Shown piece by piece: positions 52,261-64,000 of a DNA stretch of 64,000 bases. A program made the translations under genes and the position numbers. How positions within the stretch are numbered: position 1 is the first letter of the stretch; each line of letters opens with the position of its first letter. The notes under the pieces were generated by a model. That model did no database searches and had not been told where the DNA came from. It was given only the letters and a program-made list of their open reading frames with translations. The stretch is from Selaginella moellendorffii. Taxonomy: Eukaryota; Plantae; Lycopodiophyta. Location of the stretch: the NCBI RefSeq assembly GCF_000143415.4, contig NW_003314341.1:423165-487164 (forward strand), in the 5' to 3' direction.

Positions 52261-53390
52261 CACAAGCAAACCTCTGCTTTCTTCCATAGTAAAACCCTCC
52301 CCTTGTGCTGGTTTTATGATCAGTTTTTTAGTGTTTTGCTAGTATATAAAAGGCCCCATTTAACAAAGATTGCAATAGAGAATTGGACAGCTTTGAAGAA
52401 CATGTTTGGGAATGGCCATTTGTTCTTCCTCTTTGCTGCAGTTGAGCAGTCATGCAATCTAAAGTCATGTAACATTTGCAGTACATGGTCCTTTCTCTAG
52501 TTTTTTTGTCATGATATCTACTGTCATTTGTTTCGTTGCAATGTACTTCAGCTGCACCCTATTCACTAGAACTTGTTCTTGAATAAAGTGTACCTTATCT
52601 CAATGTGTTTGGGTGTGAATAATTAGTGGGCAATAATCATACGGTTGTGGTTCCATTGGTGAAGAGTGAGAGGAGGAAATACAAGAGAAAAGCTTCAGGG
52701 AAATAGCAAGAGAGTGGTGTGCCATGGAGTCGAACACACTGGTGCTGCCAATAAGGCCTGTGGCAAGGAGGACGAACCTCTGGACAGCCACAATGTAGTC
52801 CTTAGGTAGCAGTGGTTCTTCCATGTTTGCTCTTCTTACAATACTCTGCCTCAATGGGTGAAAGAGCTATGATTGCTTGTCACTTGCTACTCTAAGTTTG
52901 AAGAGATATCCTAAACCCAGAGCTCTGGCGTTCTTTCTTTCCAATCCTTGAGGATGGATTCCATAATGTTTATAACCTGAGCAATGTTGGAGATGTCAAC
53001 TAATGCTAGCGCAAATGTGAGTGTAACTATTGTAAGTAGGTCAGACACTATGCTAGAGAATGTCAAGACACCTTGAAGTTGCTCAGAACAGCCTTGGAAT
53101 TGCCTCCTCAACTTGGTGATATCCTTGTTTGCTTTGAGTTGACAAGCAAAGCTATGGCTATGGTTGTCTTTGTGAGTTAATGGTTTTTCTTCATTAATAA
53201 GAGCATTTTACTATCTTATGCATTCTAGGCAAACCAACGATTCGTGGTGATTGCTTCATCTAGACTTGATAGCTGAGAGAGCATTGATATCAGCCTGGTT
53301 ATAATTATTTGAGTGTTTGATTTTATCCTGCGTAGGTTCTGGCTTACAGACAGGAGTCGTGCTAGTTTCAAAACAGCTTCGTGGTGAAAC

Positions 53391-55154
<1,764 letters not shown>

Positions 55155-55219
55155 CGAAGAATCTATCGATCGATTCACAAACCCTAAAGCTTGAGAATAA
55201 ATAAGGGGAGTTGTTCTAT

Positions 55220-56319
55220 TCACGCATTGCTCTTCTGGATGACAACAGCGTTAGCCAATCCAGCCTCTTGGATCGTGAGCGACGAATCGTTGAGGAGCTT
55301 TGGAGGAAATCCCATGACTTGGAGCGAGTAGAGCTTGGGTCCGCCGGCTCGGGCCGCGTCGATAAACCCACGAATGTCTCCCACGGTGTGGTGATTGTTG
55401 AATCGCGCTACCATTCTCGTCCCATCGGCGAGCCGCAGCTGGAGCGACGTGAAAGGCTTCTGCTCGTCCACCACGATCCCACGGAATGGAGCGGCAGGGG
55501 TCACAGCGGCGTCACTAGCGTCATTGCTGCTGGGGGGCTGCGAAGATCCTAGAGTTCTTCCTGCTCCAAAGAAGTATTGCTGCTGCGCTGGAGGCGGCGG
55601 CTGGCATGGAGCAAAGCAAAGATCACAGATGAGAAGAGAGAAACTTGAGAGAAGGAACTTACGGTCCAGTCCGCGTCGCGCTTCATCAAGTTGACATGGA
55701 CCGGGATGTCTGGATTTCTAGAGTCCAATTCTCTCGGGCACTCACCTCTGTGGATGCTCTAGAAGAACAAGCAAGGGGGCTTGTGAGAACCGAAAGAGAG
55801 AAACAAGAAACTCTATCTCACGCACCTGGAGAAAAGGAATGTTTGCTGGATCGTCGAGCCTTCTCAGGCCACCATCGTTCACAGTGAAGCCATTCCTCCA
55901 GAAAGTGATGGTGTGAAACACTGGCTCCGGCGTCGATTCCTCGTCCGGAGCTGCCGCCCCGGATGCCTGGCCGCCTGCTAGGGTTCTTCCAACGCCCCCA
56001 AACCCACCGGATTTGGCGCGGCTGGATGAGGACGAGACATCGCCCGTCCCCTTCTGGGCTCCAAGCTCCAGCGCGCGATTGAAAATCGAGTCGACATCCT
56101 TGTTCTGCTTGTTGTTGGCAGGATCTTGGACCACCATGCCACTGAAAATCACATCGATCGATTCATCGGCCACGAAACTAACTTGGACCATTGCTGTGCC
56201 TACCTCTTCTCGCCGCCAGTGTAGTACTCCTGCCCATCCGAATCGCTGTCCGATTCATGCGCGCGCTTGAGATCAGAGAGAGTAGCGACCTCGCCGCGTT
56301 TCTTCTTCTTGTCTCCCAT
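55220..56319 (-). CDS. Plant UBX-domain protein of the p47/p37 SEP-UBX type (CDC48 cofactor)
   Basis: [17 protein letters not shown]; SEP domain [27 protein letters not shown]; UBX domain [16 protein letters not shown]...MGFPPK; no N-terminal UBA seen. Confidence 0.92.
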
Positions 56320-56418
56320 CCTCCTCCAAGAACCCTAACCTAAAGCCCTTTTCTCTTTACTTTAGTAGTTATACATAACTAACGACCACCACCGGTCACC
56401 CTAAAATTTCTCTCTTTC

Positions 56419-58294
56419 ATGGGCAGTGAAGGCGACGGCAAATCGATCGCCCCCGAGCAGCACGATCCGGAGCAGCAGCGCCAGGTACTTGATCGTTCGC
56501 GTGAAATTCCCTTGCGCTGTTGTGTGTTCTTTGCTTGATCGGCACGGCATTTTCTTGCTATCGATTGAAGGAATGGAGCTCACTGATTCATTCATCCATC
56601 CACTGTTTGATCGACCAGCTTTTAGCAATCTATCTCTTTCTGGTTCACAGGACGAGGAGGAAGAGGTGGTGGAGGAGGAGGAGGAGGAGGAGGATCACGA
56701 GGAGCCGACCACGTCCGCCGCTCATCAATTCGATTGCCAATGGCCCATGGCCGATGTAATTGGAGCAGCAGCGCCATCTCCAGCACTCCAGGTTCTTCCT
56801 TTCAAGAGTTTTTTACTTCTTATCCTTGGTTCTTCGATCGTTCTTCCTTTTTGATTCGTTTCTGCGACTGATGGATTGGTTCCTCTCGCAGGCAGCAGCT
56901 GTTCCAGGCTACGCTTCATCGCCAGTACGCTATATGTGGGGAGGAATCCAGGCAAGTATTCATCTTTTTATACGTTTTCTTCTCTCTCTTTTTTGACAAT
57001 GGAGAAGTTTTCTCTTTTTTGTTTGCGTTTCAGCCTTTGATGCCATCGTTCGCGACATACAATCCTTATGGGCAGCCGGTAAGATTTTTCTCGTCAGAAA
57101 ACAGTGTTGATCGTATACAGCAAATGAGCAACAAGCATCCTGCTATGTCTTAAGCATGCTTTTAGGGGCCACCTCCTGGACATTTCGGTGCAAAGGCTTT
57201 CCAAATGGTACGTCCACCGTGAGCGACCACGGATTGTTTTTTACTCGCGAGAGCTCCACAGGCTCAGAGTGGTCCTGCTGCGTCAGCCGATGTGCAACAA
57301 GCCGACTCGCCATCGAAGAGCAAGCCCGTCAAGAACGGCAGCTTTGGCCACAGGTCAGCCAGCTTTCTTTCGTTTTGATTATCGAGCTCACCGCACTTTG
57401 ACAGTAGCAGCAGTGGCAGCGATGGATCAAGCGAAGGAAGCGAAGATGACAACTCCAACAACAACAACAATGTAAGGAATGTTTTAGCCTCGTTCGTCAA
57501 CACTGCTTTACAAGTTCTCTGCTGCAGAAGAATGCTTTCCATCAAATGGCTATGGAAGGTGACCGATCTTTAAACTCTGTTCCCTTGAGTAGCTGGAACT
57601 TCACTCGGTCTCGGATGTTGCAGTTTTGGAGAGTAGCAATACAGCAGGAATGTTTGGAAGCTGCTCTGGCTCCATTGAAGCGAATCCAACGGGAGTGCCG
57701 AATACTCTGATGGATTACTGGAGCGGAAATGTTTCCAGAGTACACAGGAAATCGAAGCACTCGTCAGTGCCATCGCAGCCGCTGGTCCCGGGGATGCCAA
57801 GCTCGCTGTTGGGGGCTGCTTCCGCTTGTGATGGTTCTGATATGTGGTCACAGGTTTATCACACTTGTTTCCTTCTTTTTTTTCTCAATGTACCTCTGGT
57901 AGGATGAACGAGAGCTCAAAAGACAAAGAAGAAAGCAATCCAACCGGGAGTCAGCAAGGCGATCGAGATTGCGAAAGCAGGCAAGTTTGTCTTCATTCCT
58001 TTTCAGAAGAAAGTGATTTAAATCGAATTAATTTGTGTGAAATGAGACAGGCAGAGTGTGAAGAACTAAGCACCAGAGTGGATGCTTTGGCTGTGGAGAA
58101 CGCGGCACTGAGGACCGAGTTGGGCCGACTTATGGAAGAACGTAACAAGCTCGCACAAGAAAATGTCACTTTGATGGTATGGTTTTACAAAGTTTGTGAT
58201 TTTTCTAGCTAAACATATATAGTCTAATTTCTTACAGGAACAAGTGCTAGAAAAATCACAACACGAGCAAGACACAATGTTTGCTCCTAGTTAA
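56419..58294 (+). CDS. Group-G bZIP transcription factor (G-box binding factor-like), multi-exon
   Basis: YMWG/PLMP N-terminal motif; DERELKRQRRKQSNRESARRSRLRKQ/AECEELSTRVDALAVENAALRTEL. Confidence 0.9.
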
Positions 58295-58719
58295 TTCATC
58301 ATTCATTAAATTTAATACATAATTCTTTCCCAAATCTAAAACGATGTCATTTTTCTTTCCTTAAAAATGTCGCATTCCCTAGTCACACTGCCTGAACTTG
58401 GACAGCTTTTTGTACCCTTAAAAAAACAGTGTTTTACCTTTCATAAAAGGGTGATTTATTATTAAACCTTTCAAAAGAAAGGCTGAAATAATGTAGTGTT
58501 CTTAGAGATAAATACTATTAATAAAAAATTAAACATAATGTAGTAGGATAATTTAATTGATGGTAAATACTTATGCTTATAAAATATCATTTAACTTTGA
58601 TTATCTTTTATACTTTGAAGTTTATACTTTTTAATAGACTTTCAAGGTGAAAGATAAATCTCAAACCCTTCAAAAGAAAAAAAAATGTCACCCTTCAATG
58701 TTCCACAAAAAGACCCCAC

Positions 58720-59260
58720 CTGGGAGCAGCGTCCCACCCCCTACTAAAGCACCCTCCAGCCGCCTCTCCTCCCTCTCTGCTCATCTTCCCATCATATGAT
58801 CACACAATGCTGGGTAAGCACTGGTTCTCATATTTGCATGTCTTGTGGGAAGCTTTCATTTGAGGTATAGCTCCTCACATTTCTTTTCTCTTGGGCTTCT
58901 ATAAAACGTTTTGGCAGGGGAAGTCCTGTGATAGACGTTCTGCTGAGATCGCATTTGGATCTTCGTACTACCATCTCCATCCTGATGATTCCCATCTCGT
59001 TGGGATTGGCTGCCGGTAACTAAACATTTCTTTCTCTCTTAATTTCGTCTTCTCTATTTCTCTGAAAGCTTCACTGTTTGTGCTATCATGGCCATGTTCA
59101 TAGACTGGGGCTGCTGGTAAGATAAACTCTTCACTCTCATCTTTATGACTCTGGTTTTAGACAATCGGATCTACTATTGGACTGGGCATTTTGTAAGTGG
59201 CCACTCACTGAAGCATTTGATAGCGGCTTGATCATGCAAGGAAGTTGTTCACAGAGTTTT
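58720..59260 (+). pseudogene. Truncated, frameshifted SAG18/ceramidase-like membrane protein gene
   Basis: Exon remnants AFGSSYYHLHPDD..LV(W)D.LP (frameshifted) and IYYWTGHFVSGHSLKHL, with GT-AG flanks. Confidence 0.6.
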
Positions 59261-60634
59261 TCTTTTCTATCATTTAAGCTATGTCTCACTGCTTCTAAAA
59301 AACCACTTGTAGGTTAGGAGATTGAGGGCAATGAGCATGATGAACGCTAACCTTCTCACTCATGTGTAAGAACTCGTGCCTTTAGTTGCTGTAGAATGGG
59401 GCCAACATATATGTGTTTTTTGATCATATAGTGAATAAAATACTTAATTACGCACTCTGGAGCAAAAACCTTTACTCAAGAAGAGAACACACAAGACACT
59501 TGACATGCCTTCATGATAAAGGGCTGGTGAGTTGCAAGATTGGAGCAGCTAGAATCATGTCTTTGAAGCACAATAGGGGCAGAAGATTGAAAGCCAAATC
59601 TAGAGCTCCTGAGGGACTTTTGTGTATATAGAAGTGTCAACTACTTCTTTGGAACAGGACGTGGTAAAAAAGGTGGCTTATTTGCTTTTATGTTCTAAGG
59701 TTTGTAAATATATATATGTATATACATATATTACCCTAGCTAAGTAATACACTAATTATAGTATTATAGTATATGAATAATCCAGTCCAAGTGCTCCACT
59801 TGCCCGGTCCCAAGACCAACATTCCAAGGTACCACCGACATACTAGCCTATTACGCTAAGGCCATGCCCTTTCACCTTTGTCACACCGGTGGTCCAACAT
59901 CACCTGCATCACAGTCCTGTCTCTCAAGGATTGGGCCATTCATCCAGGAGTGACCATCCAAGATCCACTCCTTAGCATCCTTAAGATGCTCGCAAACATA
60001 GAGAACAGCCTTCCTTAATATCCCTTTTACTGTCCTCACCAAGTCCCTTTTCTGCCCATGGCTGTGTTCGCCAACACTGCCACTAGGACAGAGCTTATAG
60101 GCCCGACCAGTAAGTCCCACTATCCTCTGGGACTTCCTCACCACATGATTGTATCATTGGTCACTACACTAAAGGACCACTCCTCTTCCTTTCCATAGTC
60201 TGGGACTTTGGGACAACATTTCAGAACACTATGGCCTTACGCAAGCCTCATGGGTACTCTCCCCACCTTCCGCCTTTTGGTGCTCTAGCCATGGGTTTAG
60301 AGCAAGGTTTCGTTGAGCCACGCCAGGTATCCAAGTAGGTAGTGCCATCTACACTTGGACTGGGAGCATTGACCATTCAATCTCTTGGGGGAACTAGAGC
60401 CGGCTCTTAAACACTTCACCAAGCTACCACGCTTGACAGTCCATATTCACTCTAGCCTTGGACCTCCCAATGGTTATCCCGTCACCTAACACCTGGGCAC
60501 GGCCTTCCTGGGCCAAATTGGCATTTCCTGGCCAAACTGGCTCCACTGGAGTCCACCCCCCTACTATACTTTTGGAGCTCACCAAACCCCCTAGGGTTTG
60601 GGAGACGAACGCTTTGGGCTTTCACCCTCTTAGA

Positions 60635-61190
60635 CTCGAACTCGGACTCGGACTCAGACTTGGAATCGGACTCGAACTCAGACTCGGACTCAGACTCAGA
60701 CTCGGACTCGGACTTGGACTCGGGCTTGGGCTCGATCTCGGCCTCGGTCTCGGTCCCGGTCTCGGTCTCTGTCTCGGTCTCGGTCTCGGTCTCAGTCTCG
60801 GTCTCAGTCCTAGTCTCGGTCTCGGTCTCGGTCTCAGTCTCGGTCTCAGTCCTAGTCTCGGTCTCGGTCTCGACTTTGGTATCCATCTCGGCTCCATCTC
60901 GGGTCCATCTCGGACTCTATCTCAGGTCCATCTCGAACTCCATCTCGGACTCCATCTCAGACTCCATCTCAGGTTCATCTTGGACTCCATCTCGGACTCC
61001 ATTTCGGGTCCATCTCGGATCCATCTCGGACTCCATCTCGGTCCATCTCGGATCCATCTTAGACTCCATTTTGGTCCATCTCAGACTCCATCTCGGACTC
61101 CATTTTGGGTCCATCTTGGACTCCATCTCGGACTCCATTTCAGGTCCATCTCAAATCCATCTCGAACTCCATCTCGGACTCCATCTCGGA
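60635..61190. repeat. Compound tandem array: (ACTCGG)n/(TCTCGG)n hexamers, then (ACTCCATCTCGG)n dodecamers
   Basis: Directly visible; hexamer-to-dodecamer switch near 60880. Confidence 0.95.
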
Positions 61191-62038
61191 TTCCTCAAGT
61201 TGGAGCTTTTAGTCCAAACCTGTTACGTTCGTTTGGCTTCTGCTTCGGCCACTACCATGTGGCACCCTTTCGGCTCCACTTTGGGGCTTAGGGATTTGTG
61301 TCTTACAATTCCACCACCTATAGACAAAGTTCGATGTCCTTATCAAATGATAAACCATTTTATAAAGTAACACTAGCATGTATTACCTTTTCCATCCTTG
61401 GCACTTAACCCATATTCGTCAATGGTTCGACACCGAAGGCTTACCATGCCTTGTTCAACATCTAAAGAGCATAGTGTCTCTAACATAGGGACTCATTTAA
61501 CCACTTCAGATGGTTCTCTCCCTTTTTTATTGGTTTAGCTCTCGCTAAACCCATTAGAGACACCTTCTCTAGCTTAATCCCATTACTCATTCTCGAATAG
61601 TCTCAACTTTTATTGACATAACCAGTTCACCTTAGAACTTTTAATTTTGACTTTTCAAAGTCAATTTCCTTGGTGTCTCTGACACCTTTCATTGCATATA
61701 TTGTGCAACTTCACTTCCCCATCCTAGGAAGTTCTCCACTTGAGGGCACCATCATCCTCCTTTCTATTTTGTGCCACCTTTGGCACCAAGTTCTAGCTAT
61801 CGTAAGTTGTGCTAGAACTGTCCATGACCCTATCATTTGGCTACTTTGCCATTCCCTCCCTTGGAGCTTTCACCTTTGCCAATTTGGAGCAATTAGGAAT
61901 CCATCCTCGGAAGCACACTTCCTTTCTCACAATCCATTAGTATCCAACATTTTAGTGTCCCATGCCTAATTTTGCCATTTGGATTCCTTCCAATGAACTC
62001 CATGGCCCACACGTGGCCACTAGTTTTTTGCTTTTATC

Positions 62039-62233
62039 TGTAAGCAATCAAAGAGAACGACTTAAGAGACGGTCCATGGGGTTCAAATATAGAAGGAAAT
62101 GGCTCATGAATAAAAGTGCACCCCTTTTTCCAATCGGTTAAGGGTCTTGGGATACTTGGGGTTAAGCGTCCTTGGGTTTGAATAGTACTCAGCTGGGTGA
62201 CCTCCCAGGAAGTCCAAACTCAAGAGGGGTACA
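62039..62233 (+). mobile_element. 5S-rRNA-containing solo LTR (Cassandra-like)
   Basis: TGT...ACA termini; perfect TSD ttatc at 62034-62038 and 62234-62238; 62161-62215 GTTAAGCGTCCTTGGGTTTGAATAGTACTCAGCTGGGTGACCTCCCAGGAAGTCC matches the plant 5S rRNA internal promoter region. Confidence 0.9.
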
Positions 62234-64000
62234 TTATCCGTTGATTGTTACATTGAGCAACATAAGATCAATACTTCCATTCTTGAGGTATCCTTTTGGT
62301 TCTATGGCAAAGGCTCTACTTTGCTAAGTCTAGAAGGTGCTCACCCCTAATAGGTTTCTTTAGCATTTTCTGTAACGGGCTCCATCCACGGCCCAACTTT
62401 GTGACCCTCCCATAGGTCTCTCTTAGAGACTACTTTCTTGGACTTACTATACCATCGTTTTGGTACGACTGATTTCCCTTTAGGTGTTCTTCCCACTTGG
62501 TCACCTTGACCAAGCCACACCATTCTCAATAATTCAACTCAACACTTTGAACTAAGAATCATATTCCTTAACCCAAACAAAGACTTTATCCTTGTTTAGC
62601 TATAAGATCACCTAGTGATCTCATTTTGACCTCTTAACAGGTTTACCAATAGGAACTAGGTCTTCCAGACCCTTTTAAATTGTTGATTATGACCCCAGAG
62701 GCATCTCTCACGCTTGGCGGTGCACCCAAGCCAACCCTTCTAACCAAGAATCCATAGTAACTGAGATTAAATGTCCCCATCTCATTCACCACATCTTTGG
62801 TGCCTTTTACACCAAAGTGTTCAAGTTAGATATGCCGAGCTTTCACTCTAAGCAATCTAACCGTGCATCATGACTCTGGGGCATCCCCCGTTTGGCGGTG
62901 TGCCCAAGCCAATCTCCTAATTGAGAATCCATGACCACCGAAATATAAGTGTCTTCATATTCCAAACCATCACCACGCTCTAGTGATTTGGGACTTGAAC
63001 CCAAGCACTAAAGGGTCGGGACTCAAACCCAACCTTCATATATACACCTACGGACGGCATCACCCTAGATGCCTAGCGTGACTCCCCACGCCGGTGCACC
63101 AACTTATACTTAAGGTGCACTATAGATCACAGCTTAAGAATTTAATTCCTTCGCACTACCAAGTCCTCTCATTTGACAAGTTTGTGATCATGCATGGACT
63201 CCTCCATACTTGGCCCCATAGGCCACCCCTTTTGAAGATAGCACCTTCAAGTAGGGGATTCATTCCCCTGACTTGCCACTCTCGCTTAGCAAGTCATCCG
63301 ACCAATGTAACATGGTTTTATACATAAGCGTGATAGTCCTTGACCATCGACTTTTGTTCAAAGTCATCCCTTTGAACACTTGGGAACTACTTCCCCAACC
63401 TTGATAGCATTACCTTATGGCAAGCCTCAAGACCACGTTTTTGTTGTGCCACTCTGATTTCGCGCATTCTATAAACCATTTACACTTGGCTTTCTAGGTA
63501 CTACGTTACCTAGAATTGTCTTTGGGAACCTTGAAGGAACTCTGTCCCTTAGCTTGCTAAGACCTCTCCTTTCGCAAGCTTTCTAATTGCCATATGGTCT
63601 AGCATGGACAATTCCATGCTTTAGACTCTTCATGGCACCATGGTTGCTAATAACAACATGCTTGAGCGCCCACTTGATTGTCCACTCCCAACTGACATAA
63701 CCACCCTTGGTTATGCCCTTCGATTCCTATGGTTTGGTTTTATCCTCTTACTACTTATTTTTAGCCTCACACATTTCTTTCGGTTATTCACCTCTAAACT
63801 AGGAGGATAGCTTTGCACTTTCTACCATGCCTTAGCAAGTATTCTTGGGGATGAACCTACTCGATAGTTTAGGGAGTGCTTCATCAATTCGGGTATGCTC
63901 ACCTTATAATCCCACACACTGGGATTAATGTTGCTACTTATAACCCTTTATATACCCATCACTAACCTTACCAAAATCCCATTTTTAGCTTTATCTAATT

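Larger units (their letters stand above)
59750..64000 (-). mobile_element. Decayed LTR-retrotransposon-like relic (gag-like region with internal tandem repeats), probably running off the window
   Basis: CpG-depleted and stop-rich; internal 6- and 12-mer tandem arrays; an ~80-bp direct repeat at ~62690 and ~62870; hosts a nested solo LTR; no intact diagnostic domain. Confidence 0.45.

Noticed and set aside
60635-61190. Possible CRISPR-like array
   Set aside because: No unique spacers; a simple minisatellite in eukaryotic DNA
60458-61370. Long ORFs (277 aa LGLGL..., 236 aa SDSDS/VSVSV...)
   Set aside because: By-products of stop-free 6- and 12-mer tandem repeats; no domain evidence
62161-62215. 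Functional 5S rRNA gene
   Set aside because: Only ~55 nt of the 120-nt gene, embedded in a TG..CA element with TSDs; no 5S 5' end or tandem array

Overview
This is eukaryotic, gene-dense land-plant nuclear DNA with very short (about 50-90 nt) introns and tiny intergenic gaps. The organisation and gene content point to a lycophyte, probably Selaginella (inference). Recognisable genes are a type-I ROP GTPase, an At2g12400-type membrane protein, NdhM, SNRNP25-like, two inverted RPS3a copies, GEX1, a polyketide-cyclase/START protein, tRNA-His(GUG), aspartate carbamoyltransferase, a PHD/RINGv plus low-complexity protein, a PLS-PPR protein, a DDX6-type helicase, TMM, a PQBP1-like WW protein, a SEP-UBX protein and a G-box bZIP. 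These islands sit between decayed transposon blocks: two short-LTR Ty3/gypsy elements, copia and LINE scraps, and a gypsy-like relic at the right end. The most unusual items are: (1) a four-member cluster of intronless, putatively secreted orphan proteins ending in -CCLL around the ROP gene; (2) two ~195-bp solo LTRs carrying a 5S rRNA Pol III promoter segment (Cassandra-like), each with a clean 5-bp TSD; (3) a ~2-kb fold-back palindrome built from two 5' halves of a hAT transposon; (4) a circularly permuted, inverted RPS3a/GEX1 duplication; (5) a 412-bp TRIM; (6) same-strand gene pairs only ~65 nt apart. Exon boundaries were read by eye and no database searches were run.
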